29,613 bases of DNA from a virus. Its lineage: Duplodnaviria > Caudoviricetes. The position numbers were made by a program, and so were the translations under genes. Numbering within the stretch: position 1 is the stretch's first letter; each line of letters begins with the position of its first letter. The stretch lies in IMG/VR virus record IMGVR_UViG_3300008266_000327, positions 1-29,613 of that record, one strand, 5' to 3'. Positions 9,305 through 17,105 of this stretch are shown piece after piece. The notes below the pieces were generated by a model. That model saw nothing but the letters and a program-made list of their open reading frames with translations. It was not told the origin of the DNA and searched no databases.

Positions 9305-11050
9305 TTACGCTGCTCCTTTTTGTCCTCCCTGCGCTTGCGATACGTGCTGTACTGCTTGCCCCATGTTCCGCGCAGTCTCGGAACCCTGGCGCTGCGCTTC
9401 CGCTTCCATCATGGCCTGTTGTTGTTCTGCTCGCGCTTTACGGAATTTCTGAACAACTTCTGCGCTCACGATGGTTTCCCTGGGCGCTCCTGTCAGTTCT
9501 GCGACACGTTTGATGATGTAATCCATGTCGATGTTATCTAGGATTTCCGGCTTCACTCCGGCCACCTCAACCGCCGTCTGGAGGGTTTGCTGGATACCAG
9601 TGAGTTCTTCGGTCTGCATGATCCGAATAGCAGGGCTGACAAACGTGATTTTGTAGACTTCCTGGCCTTTCAGCATCCTGTCAGCGATGGCATCCGGGAT
9701 GTAGATAGGGATGATACCCTCGTCGAGCAGCATCATCTCTTCAACAGAACCTTTGATAACCCCCAGGAATCCTTTCCGTAAAAGGATATTGAAGGTACGC
9801 TCAATCATCGGAACGAACAGTTCCGTAATCTGCCGGGTATAGATGGTGTTTAAAGTCTGTCCACGCAGGTTATTGCGGATGTTAGCTTCCCCGAGAGTCA
9901 TACGTGTCTCGTTGTTTAAGTCCATCAATCGGTCTTGGAAGAAGTGGTTCTTGATAATTTCCATCAACTCAGTCAATCTGGCGTAGCTGGACTGGAGTTC
10001 GCCCACAATAAGCATCGGCTCAACAGGCTTGGCCCCCATACTGCCTAAACGCCCGGATACGCTGAACACGTTAATAGCTCCAGCACTGGTGTTGATGGTG
10101 CCGCCACCCAGCGAACCATCGTCCAGCACGATTAGCGGCGGGTCAAGGTTTTTCTCGACCGCAAGTATAGTCGCTTCACGAATTGCATTCGCTTCAAGAA
10201 TTGAAGGTAAGGCATTCATTCCAGGACTTCTGCCATACTTCTCGCCCATAGCTTTCCAGAAACGGGTTACGTTTACCGGCATCTCAGTATAACCGGACTC
10301 TCTCAGGATCTTTTCATTCTCAACGTCAATATGGATACTAGCGTAGGGCATATCAGCGTTGCCGAATCCGAACGGGTCGCGTTCAATACGAGGCTGAATT
10401 GCGTGTAATACCTTAACTTTACACTTAAAATCACCCTTCTCGTAAGCTTCCTGACGGGCTTTAGATAGTGCATCGTAGCCGTATTCTACGACTGCCTGCC
10501 TTAAAGTAAACTCTTTTTCGATGTATACAGTGTCTACAAAGCCGTTTGGCCCCTCATCGATAGTGACATTCTTAGCGTCCACAGCTTTGTAGATGACCGG
10601 CACTTCCGGGTCATCCTGCTCAAACGTACCGATACCGCTGATACCGAACGCTCCCTGGTCAAGCATATACTCTTCCAGACTGGTTACTAGCCCAGCTTTG
10701 GGGTTATCCATGAACTCGGCCATGCGCTTGGTAACGAACTGGTAGTACTGTTTACACTCCTCAGTATCGCCTACTTCACGCTCTAAACCGAAGGGCATGG
10801 ATATTTGAAAGGTCTTCGGGCCATTGGGCCACAATGCACCAATCAATGAAGCGGCCATAAGATGGACGGCGTTGGGCGCAGTGTCATCAAAAATCTTGTC
10901 GTTCTGCATTTCGCCCGGATTCACGTTAGACGTGAAGTGCTGTTTGCGCGTCATGATGTATTCACCCAACAACTGATAGAGGTTGAGCCAAGGCTGCTTC
11001 TCCGTCTTCATTTCCTTGTGACGGTCAAGGATCATCCGAGCTTTTTTCAT
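9305..11050 (-). CDS. Portal (head-to-tail connector) protein, T7 gp8/Bbp21-like
   Basis: 581 aa; RFWKAMGEKYGRSPGMNALP motif, MTLGEANIR motif and Q-rich C-terminus; follows the terminase. Confidence 0.92.
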   Translation of the reverse strand: MKKARMILDRHKEMKTEKQPWLNLYQLLGEYIMTRKQHFTSNVNPGEMQNDKIFDDTAPNAVHLMAASLIGALWPNGPKTFQISMPFGLEREVGDTEECKQYYQFVTKRMAEFMDNPKAGLVTSLEEYMLDQGAFGISGIGTFEQDDPEVPVIYKAVDAKNVTIDEGPNGFVDTVYIEKEFTLRQAVVEYGYDALSKARQEAYEKGDFKCKVKVLHAIQPRIERDPFGFGNADMPYASIHIDVENEKILRESGYTEMPVNVTRFWKAMGEKYGRSPGMNALPSILEANAIREATILAVEKNLDPPLIVLDDGSLGGGTINTSAGAINVFSVSGRLGSMGAKPVEPMLIVGELQSSYARLTELMEIIKNHFFQDRLMDLNNETRMTLGEANIRNNLRGQTLNTIYTRQITELFVPMIERTFNILLRKGFLGVIKGSVEEMMLLDEGIIPIYIPDAIADRMLKGQEVYKITFVSPAIRIMQTEELTGIQQTLQTAVEVAGVKPEILDNIDMDYIIKRVAELTGAPRETIVSAEVVQKFRKARAEQQQAMMEAEAQRQGSETARNMGQAVQHVSQAQGGQKGAA

Positions 11051-11057
11051 AATCGTC

Positions 11058-11228
11058 TTAATACCCCAAGAAGGTTGCCCTGCGGGAATTTGCCTCGCCT
11101 AGCAGATTGGGTGTGCTATCTGGTTGTGCGCCGAAGAATCCGCCTCTGGCGGTTTTCTTCTCTGGCTCTTTTTTCGGCTGCACTGCTTGTTGCACTTTGC
11201 TGTCTACTGCCGCTTTTTGACCACCCAT
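11058..11228 (-). CDS. Small virion-associated protein (56 aa)
   Basis: GGAGG RBS then MGGQKAAV...RRATFLGY. Small Lys/Pro-rich genes ending R-x-x-[LF]LG commonly precede portals in these phages. Confidence 0.55.
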   Translation of the reverse strand: MGGQKAAVDSKVQQAVQPKKEPEKKTARGGFFGAQPDSTPNLLGEANSRRATFLGY

Positions 11229-11232
11229 TGGA

Positions 11233-11487
11233 CTATCCTCCCAGCAATCGATTGCGACCCGTGGATGCGGTATCGCCACTTAACACGCCCTGCGGCGAGG
11301 TGTTGATTAGATTTGTTTTTTGCCCCGGCTTCAGCTTCGTATCTTCTAAAATGGACGGCGCTTGGGGTTGAAGTGTTTGTTGTGGTGTAACTTTTGGGGG
11401 CTTCCGGCTCGCCTGCACAATAGACGTAGTGCCTCCCGCGATAGCAGACGCAATGCCTGCGATAGCTAATGCTTCCATACCCGTCAT
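11233..11487 (-). CDS. Small virion-associated protein (84 aa)
   Basis: Hydrophobic Ala/Gly N-terminus; TSPQGVL...GRNRLLGG C-terminus; overlaps the terminase stop. Confidence 0.65.
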   Translation of the reverse strand: MTGMEALAIAGIASAIAGGTTSIVQASRKPPKVTPQQTLQPQAPSILEDTKLKPGQKTNLINTSPQGVLSGDTASTGRNRLLGG

Positions 11488-13118
11488 CGTCGTAACCTCT
11501 TTGTCGTGCTACTCCACTTGTCTGTTCGATAGTCGTCATCCAACGGGGGTGGAGTGTTTGTAACTTGTGTTCGTCTGGCCTTCAGGACAGAGCCACGCTT
11601 TGTGTTCTCCGTGTATTTCTGCTTGCGATGCCCGCTTCCTTCAGACCTGACTGGGTATGCGAAGGTAAGAATCGTCGCATCAAAGATATCGGGGGACTTT
11701 CCGAACTTTTTCTTAATGTTATCCTTACTCTCCAGTTGAAGCAAGTTATTGCTTGTTGTCTTGAAATCAGGGATAGCGAGGTAATCCACCTCCACTTCCT
11801 CGTCGTCGGGGATGTTGGTGCCGCCTGGGGTGTTGAGCCAATCCCTGAAATCGCCTGCCATTTCAGCCCTTTTGTTGTAGTAAACCTCATCATTGATGGG
11901 CTTTTCACCGAAGTGAACTCCGGTCACGATATCGGCGTACCCCATCTCATGCAACCTGTCGATGGTTCCATAGCCCATCGCCACGTCCACAAAACACTTG
12001 GCAGCGTTATATTGGTCGATGAGTTTGGCGAGAATCCCCGCCAATCGCATCTCATCCATCTCCGTATACTTGATAATCTTGAGTATATGGCGTCCTTGGC
12101 GGATTGTGAGTACCGTCCGGTCACCTTTTCGGGCGGGGTCTGCACCAATAACAATTGGCTTTGAGCTATCTTTTAGGGTGGATTTCCGCGCCTTGGTTAC
12201 AGATTCAGGATCGATGAGACTGATACCGCTGGACTGAAACGCTTCTCGAACAGTAAACGGATACTCTTGTTTGAATTTCCACTCGCTCTTAAAAAAGCTG
12301 ATTTTGTTTCTGCGCCAATTGATTTGCTCCTCATCCAGGCCGTAAAGCTCCATGAGGGTGACTTCTTCATCAGTCAACTGGAAGTCTTCCCGCTCATGGT
12401 CTTGGATCCGAAGCCTATACTCGTCCTGCCAGTACCACGGGATGAAAACTATTTCGAAAGAACCCTTGCCCTCCAAGGCATCCATACATACTTTGTGAAA
12501 GTAATTACCGATCCCGTTGGCAGTAGACTCAAGGTACACCTCTGTCCCAGGTACATCGGCAACCGTTTGCATAACCCCTGTTTGGATATCGTCGGTATTC
12601 TCGTAGAAAGCGACTTCTGATCCGTGGAATAGCTGGTTCGTTTCACCCCGTCCGATAGCGCCAGAACCAGCAGTACCCACAGTGTACTGGCTACCGTTCT
12701 CGAAACGCATCTGTCTACGGTTGTTCGTAGTGGCCTGCGGCTTGATTTCACCTGGGCAGTTCTCATGGGTCTTCTCCATAATCTGGTACAGTGTCTCGGT
12801 TGTAGTGGCATGGTGAGACAATGTAAAGGCGTTAAGCCCCTTATTTCGGGTTGTCTTATGGTAAATTCGGTTCTGTAAGTAGGTAGAGATACCTTGTTGA
12901 CGGCCTTTAATGATCGCCATTCGTACCATCCCGGTGCGTCGAAGCTGGTCTTCGATCCGGTCATGCAGGTATTGCTGCGCCTTGTTCCAGATAAACGGAA
13001 TCATACCGCCCGCTTTGGCCTTAATGAATACCGCTCGCGCACAGAAGTACTTGAGGTTGCTTTGCAGCTTTGCGTGAATCCGACGCTGCTGGTCGGATAG
13101 GGGTGGGTTTTGGCTCAT
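11484..13118 (-). CDS. terL: Terminase large subunit
   Basis: KGRQQGIST Walker A, FHGSEVAF Walker B, LESTANG coupling motif, IVIGADPARKGDRT RNase H-like nuclease motif and KSPDIFDA C-terminal motif. Confidence 0.95.
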   Translation of the reverse strand: MSQNPPLSDQQRRIHAKLQSNLKYFCARAVFIKAKAGGMIPFIWNKAQQYLHDRIEDQLRRTGMVRMAIIKGRQQGISTYLQNRIYHKTTRNKGLNAFTLSHHATTTETLYQIMEKTHENCPGEIKPQATTNNRRQMRFENGSQYTVGTAGSGAIGRGETNQLFHGSEVAFYENTDDIQTGVMQTVADVPGTEVYLESTANGIGNYFHKVCMDALEGKGSFEIVFIPWYWQDEYRLRIQDHEREDFQLTDEEVTLMELYGLDEEQINWRRNKISFFKSEWKFKQEYPFTVREAFQSSGISLIDPESVTKARKSTLKDSSKPIVIGADPARKGDRTVLTIRQGRHILKIIKYTEMDEMRLAGILAKLIDQYNAAKCFVDVAMGYGTIDRLHEMGYADIVTGVHFGEKPINDEVYYNKRAEMAGDFRDWLNTPGGTNIPDDEEVEVDYLAIPDFKTTSNNLLQLESKDNIKKKFGKSPDIFDATILTFAYPVRSEGSGHRKQKYTENTKRGSVLKARRTQVTNTPPPLDDDYRTDKWSSTTKRLRR

Positions 13119-13120
13119 CG

Positions 13121-13603
13121 TTACAATCCCGCTAGTAGGTCTTCCTCTTCCAGGTCTTCGTCAATGGGGTCGAAAATGCTGGATGGGGATGAAGGTATCT
13201 GTTTGATGTTTTCGTCGTCCCACGGGTCGCCTGTGCTGGTATCCTGGGCATCCTTCTCCGCAAGGAAGTCAAGATACTGGGTATAGGACATTCGCATCTG
13301 GACAGTTTCGGTAGACTGTTTGGGTTTGCCCAGTACACGGTCAAGCAGGGCATCCAATTCTTTGGAGTCCCCGCCTGCCGCTTTCCTTGCCCGCCGAATG
13401 AACGCTACTTCCAGGTTAGTACGGCCTTCGAACTCCGGTTCGACGACATACGAATCAGACACGGGATCGTATTCCCCCTCATAAGGGAGGGATAACGCCG
13501 TCAACGACATCTGATTCACCGCCTCTTTAGTTACAGGCGGTGTGTATTCTGGGACTGGGAGGTTATTCTCCCAGCGCATGTAGCGTCCACCCGTTACTTT
13601 CAT
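13121..13603 (-). CDS. Putative terminase small subunit
   Basis: Directly upstream of terL; RKAAGGD...LLDRVLGKPKQ motif seen in small terminases; acidic tail. The start may be 13579. Confidence 0.55.
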   Translation of the reverse strand: MKVTGGRYMRWENNLPVPEYTPPVTKEAVNQMSLTALSLPYEGEYDPVSDSYVVEPEFEGRTNLEVAFIRRARKAAGGDSKELDALLDRVLGKPKQSTETVQMRMSYTQYLDFLAEKDAQDTSTGDPWDDENIKQIPSSPSSIFDPIDEDLEEEDLLAGL

Positions 13604-13606
13604 GGC

Positions 13607-14263
13607 TTATAACCCGTCCAAATCGCTCTCAGACATGTCGAAATCATCTTCGTCATCGTTGCTGATGGTCTGCATTTTTGGCCCAAAATCGATGGAATTG
13701 GGGACTGATTCACCAAAACCATCGTCTTCTTCAGGGGTTGGCTCGTTGGGAGCGTAATCGGTGTCCTTGCCAATTAGCTTTGCCAGTTCAGGGTTGTCCT
13801 CCACAAAGGACTTGTTAATCTGGAGGGTGGGTGCCATCCGCTTATGCTTGTGTTCCTGCACTTTAAGGAACTGTGTCTTGTTGTCTTTGTAGTTGATGAG
13901 AGCTGCTCGGAGATCCGCAGCCGTAGGATAGAGCGCTGGGTTGATTCCTAGTTTTTTGGAACGGATGAAAGCCACTAACTGCTTGCGATTCATCAGGCCG
14001 ATTTCATTGATAGGCTGGTCACGATACTTGACGTTGACCACGCTAATAATCTCGTGGGTACGAAACCGCTTATAATCCTCGTGCTTGTTCCGCAGGATGT
14101 CGTCTAGGTAATTCTTGCGGATAACGGACAGAAATCCCTGTTTTCGGGCGGATTCACCAAGAATCATAGTAAATTCGTAGTTCTTCTGGCCCTTAACGCC
14201 GTTGACGTTGTTGTAATACTGGCCTCTGACGGTTACTTCGTACTTATCTTCGGTTCTTTTCAT
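13607..14263 (-). CDS. Hypothetical protein, first gene of the late operon (218 aa, basic core, acidic tail)
   Basis: Long ORF. Start reassigned to ATG 14263 (AAAGG RBS) because a promoter lies inside the longer called ORF. Confidence 0.7.
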   Translation of the reverse strand: MKRTEDKYEVTVRGQYYNNVNGVKGQKNYEFTMILGESARKQGFLSVIRKNYLDDILRNKHEDYKRFRTHEIISVVNVKYRDQPINEIGLMNRKQLVAFIRSKKLGINPALYPTAADLRAALINYKDNKTQFLKVQEHKHKRMAPTLQINKSFVEDNPELAKLIGKDTDYAPNEPTPEEDDGFGESVPNSIDFGPKMQTISNDDEDDFDMSESDLDGL

Positions 14264-14327
14264 TGACGATATTACCTTTCCACGCTGATACTCAAGTTGC
14301 TTGTGTATGATTTGGCTCGCTTCCAAA

Positions 14328-14356
14328 AGTATAGTCATCAATAAAAAACCGCGCAA
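14328..14356 (-). promoter_or_regulatory. Sigma70-type promoter for the packaging/virion operon
   Basis: TTGCGC (14356-14351), 17-bp spacer, TATACT (14333-14328) on the minus strand. Confidence 0.65.
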
Positions 14357-14484
14357 GGGGGGTCGCGCGGCGGTGTATTTCCAGTGAGTAGAAATGTTTG
14401 AAATGAATTGGCAAGTTGAGTTTAGCTTGTGTTGGTTATCGTGGTCAAGGTCTGTTGAGTTATCCTGGCGGTGGAAGGGGTTAA

Positions 14485-14538
14485 TAGCGTTATCAGCTTT
14501 AGTAGCTATACCAGCTTTAGTAGCGTAATCGGTGTATT
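14485..14538 (+). repeat. 9-bp periodic array (nAGC[GT]TTAn), left
   Basis: TAGCGTTAT CAGCTTTAG TAGCTATAC CAGCTTTAG TAGCGTAAT CGGTGTATT in phase. Confidence 0.75.
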
Positions 14539-14644
14539 GGAAAATTTTGGGGTTTGGAGGGTGTCAAGGGGTTTCTCGGGCGCGCGGCCACGATGCGCTC
14601 GGGACGCATAGGGGGTCGAAAAAGGGGGTGCCACCTCACCCCCA

Positions 14645-14727
14645 CTTCAATTTGTAAAGCGCAGTCATAGCCACATTACTTCAATGATTGAAGAGTCAAG
14701 CCCAGCTCAACGCTTCAATACGTGAAG
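14645..14727. promoter_or_regulatory. Three palindromic operator-like sites CTTCA-N5-TGAAG at 34-bp spacing
   Basis: CTTCAATTTGTAAAG (14645), CTTCAATGATTGAAG (14679), CTTCAATACGTGAAG (14713). Confidence 0.6.
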
Positions 14728-14742
14728 TGGTCGAGCGTAGGC

Positions 14743-14813
14743 TAGCGCTATCAACGTAACAAGCGTTAAAAGCGTTAAAAGCGTTAAAAGCGATAAAAGA
14801 TGCAAAGCGTTAA
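14743..14813 (+). repeat. 9-bp tandem repeat array (AAGCGTTAA), right
   Basis: TAGCGCTAT CAACGTAAC, then AAGCGTTAA three times and AAGCGATAA, plus a further copy at 14805-14813. Confidence 0.85.
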
Positions 14814-15105
14814 TAAAGGTGATTAACCAAAGTGGGGAGGCGTCAGCCTCGACACAAGCAAAGTAGCTTTTTGCACTTTTTCGGCTTAAAAAATGAAAAA
14901 GCGTATTGTTTTATGAGGTGGAAAGCCGTTCACTCATTGGCCCGCACTAGGTTGAACAGATTCAAAAACCGCTAATGGATATTGTTGAACGGGATGTAAT
15001 ACATAATCTATAAGTTTCTATATAGCGCTAGGCTCATGACCTAACTATATTTATTGAAGTGGGTTATCGTTATTGTATTACTCTTTTTAATGCGCGTTCA
15101 ATATG

Positions 15106-15134
15106 TTTACAGTGTTCAGATTCAGTGATAGTCT
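15106..15134 (+). promoter_or_regulatory. Candidate early promoter
   Basis: TTTACA, 17-bp spacer, TAGTCT with an extended -10 TG, upstream of the first rightward gene. Confidence 0.45.
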
Positions 15135-15182
15135 TAACTTTGACTGAACGTATCCACATAAATGTACGCAACAGGAGTTCAC

Positions 15183-15404
15183 ATGAAAGCTAGATATTCT
15201 TTTTGGGTGGGAACATCGCAACAATTCACAACCAACACGCTCAATTTCGTTGGGTCAAGCCCCTTGGTATCCTCTGAGCAACAAGCTATTAAATGGTTTA
15301 AACACCTATCACCTGGTATGCCTAGAGCTTTTTGGGATCAAACATACTATAAACGTGAGGGGGACAAAGCTAGACGTAAGTTATGCAATCACCACTCATA
15401 CTAA
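15183..15404 (+). CDS. Hypothetical early protein (73 aa)
   Basis: AGGAG RBS 5 nt before ATG 15183. Confidence 0.55.
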   Translation: MKARYSFWVGTSQQFTTNTLNFVGSSPLVSSEQQAIKWFKHLSPGMPRAFWDQTYYKREGDKARRKLCNHHSY

Positions 15405-15450
15405 TTGTTAAGCATTGTAAACAGATTAAGCCATCATCATAAATTAGTGT

Positions 15451-15479
15451 TTGACATCGCCTGAATAATCTGATTTACT
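15451..15479 (+). promoter_or_regulatory. Candidate promoter for the ribozyme-containing early operon
   Basis: Perfect TTGACA (15451-15456), 17-bp spacer, TG-n-TTTACT (imperfect -10). Confidence 0.5.
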
Positions 15480-15491
15480 AATTACATCGAA

Positions 15492-15555
15492 AGCGAGAGA
15501 CGAGAGCTACGCTCCCAACCCCTCGCTAATAGCTCTGTACTTTGATAATTAAATA
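15492..15555 (+). promoter_or_regulatory. Leader hairpin plus boxA-like antitermination sequence
   Basis: AGCGAG/CTCGCT stem with an inner GAGC/GCTC hairpin (15492-15527), followed by GTACTTTGATAATTAAATA (15537-15555), resembling rrn boxA-type motifs. Confidence 0.4.
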
Positions 15556-15560
15556 TATGA

Positions 15561-15686
15561 GTCCTACTGATGAGCGTTTAATACGCGAAACAGGCTCAGA
15601 TCCTACCCGATGATGCTCTTGTGTCAGCTAGCCCTTGCCGGGTAATGCTCAATCAAGCCAGCTATCGGGCTGAGCCTGTTTAGGAC
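15561..15686 (+). ncRNA. Type I hammerhead ribozyme HHR1, with extended stem III
   Basis: Stem I GTCCTA/TAGGAC; core CTGATGA; stem II GCGT-ttaat-ACGC; GAAA; stem III CAGGCTCAG...CTGAGCCTG; cleavage triplet GUU, cut at 15680/15681. Confidence 0.85.
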
Positions 15687-15708
15687 ATTAATTAGAAGGA
15701 TTTCAATC

Positions 15709-15879
15709 ATGAACCGCAAACAGTATGAACTTGCAACACTATTGAACGCTTTAGAGACTATCAATAAGGCCGGTCACCAAACTTTAGTTAATGAGTTTTA
15801 TGAAACCGTTAGGCAAGCGGTACACGATAGCACCGCGCCGAACCTAATCCCCCAAGGTTGGGATGTAGTGACCGCATGA
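15709..15879 (+). CDS. Hypothetical early protein (56 aa, MNRKQYELATLLNALETINKAGHQ...), absent from the ORF track
   Basis: AGAAGGA RBS; ATG 28 nt after the HHR1 cut; ATGA overlap with the next gene. Confidence 0.7.
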   Translation: MNRKQYELATLLNALETINKAGHQTLVNEFYETVRQAVHDSTAPNLIPQGWDVVTA

Positions 15880-16091
15880 TACTAACAATCGCAGGCTTTG
15901 CCCTTGGTGCATTGCTCTTGATATCACAAGCAACCATGATCTATATGATCAAAAACGCCCCTGAGTCTAATGTCAGAGTCTATTTATTCCCTGAATTAGA
16001 CCTAGAGCTAGTGGAACACCTCGAAGAACCTGAGGAGCCAAAATATATACGCAGGTTTTGGGCAATCCTAGACCGCATTTTACATCCCTAG
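15876..16091 (+). CDS. Small membrane protein (71 aa)
   Basis: N-terminal hydrophobic helix; ATGA coupling; the G of the stop codon is the first base of HHR2 stem I. Confidence 0.65.
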   Translation: MILTIAGFALGALLLISQATMIYMIKNAPESNVRVYLFPELDLELVEHLEEPEEPKYIRRFWAILDRILHP

Positions 16092-16144
16092 TCCTACTGA
16101 TGAGCGTTTATGACGCGAAACAGGGCGCAAGCCCTGTATAGGAC
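16091..16144 (+). ncRNA. Type I hammerhead ribozyme HHR2 (minimal, canonical)
   Basis: GTCCTA CTGATGA GCGT-ttatg-ACGC GAAA CAGGGC-gcaa-GCCCTG TA TAGGAC. All core nucleotides present, GNRA-capped stem III, GUA triplet, cut at 16138/16139. Confidence 0.93.
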
Positions 16145-16169
16145 AGTTAATTTAGGAGATCATCAGATT

Positions 16170-17105
16170 ATGGCTAAAGTTTTGAAAAACAATGATCAAG
16201 TGGCTCATGCTTGGGCCAATGCTAAACAGCCATGTGGTTATACTTCCAGCCGTTCGTTTAGCTTTGATGGCTCAGCCCTCTTGAGTTATAACACAGTCAT
16301 AGCTCAAAGAGTGTCAACACCAGCGGGCACACAATACATATATAGTGCTAGATCCTATAGTGTCACCACTGAGGGCAAGCATAAAAACGCTATGCACAAG
16401 GCAGCTAGCCACTTGATGGACATCAAAGTAGATGAAGCCCCGAGCAATTGGGATTTACGCTTTTCTAATGCCTTTTTAACTTGGGTAGAGAATCAAAGCG
16501 CTTACCTTGTGGATGAACTTAACAAGTTTCCGGGCAAAATTAAACGCGCTAGATCCTCTAAAGCGTGGCTTGTGGAACAATACGACAGAGAAGCGGCCAA
16601 CGCTAGACGGTTTAAAACCTTTTGTATTGCCCGAATAGATGACATTGAAGGGGAATGGCCCATAAGCGCACAAAAACGCTTCTATGCGGCTATGGACTCA
16701 ATCACTGAAGCCACGCCATCAAGTGACACTATCGACACATTACACCTTGAGGCAGGCGCATATTTGAGCAATCAAAAAGAGCGTCAAATTAAGACTGAAG
16801 CGGAACAAGTGGAAGAATGGAAGCGCGGCAAGCGTAAAAAACTAAACATCTACCACACTACACACCTACGCATCAATAAAAATCATGATGTTGAGACATC
16901 CAAAGGTATGATTATACCTAACAGAGAGGCAAGAATAGCTTTTGAAGCGTTCAAACGTGGTAAATTATTGGGTTTAAAACTGTTAGGCTACACCATAACC
17001 CAAGTAAATACAGAGACAAAGCGTGTTGTCGCTGGATGTCACTCAGTCCCCTTTGAGGATATCGAGCAACTAGGCCCGCAATTAGTCCTACTGATGAGTG
17101 CTTAA
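16170..17105 (+). CDS. Conserved phage hypothetical early protein (311 aa)
   Basis: AGGAG RBS with ATG at 16170 (the 16110 start lies inside HHR2). VAHAWAN, YSVTTEGKH and AGCHSVPF motifs resemble a phage hypothetical family I recall. Confidence 0.8.
   Translation: MAKVLKNNDQVAHAWANAKQPCGYTSSRSFSFDGSALLSYNTVIAQRVSTPAGTQYIYSARSYSVTTEGKHKNAMHKAASHLMDIKVDEAPSNWDLRFSNAFLTWVENQSAYLVDELNKFPGKIKRARSSKAWLVEQYDREAANARRFKTFCIARIDDIEGEWPISAQKRFYAAMDSITEATPSSDTIDTLHLEAGAYLSNQKERQIKTEAEQVEEWKRGKRKKLNIYHTTHLRINKNHDVETSKGMIIPNREARIAFEAFKRGKLLGLKLLGYTITQVNTETKRVVAGCHSVPFEDIEQLGPQLVLLMSA

Noticed and set aside
14264-14356. N-terminal extension of the 249-aa ORF
   Set aside because: It overlaps a well-spaced promoter; ATG 14263 has a plausible RBS.
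14357-15160. tRNA genes or a protein-coding gene in the control region
   Set aside because: No cloverleaf with a T-loop consensus and no ORF of 60 aa or more; repeats dominate.
15600-15669. Twister or other second ribozyme nested in the HHR1 insert
   Set aside because: I could not identify the conserved residues or pseudoknots of twister, pistol or HDV-like classes by eye.
16110-16169. N-terminal 20 codons of the 331-aa ORF as called in the track
   Set aside because: This ATG lies inside HHR2, upstream of the cut and without an RBS; ATG 16170 has AGGAG.
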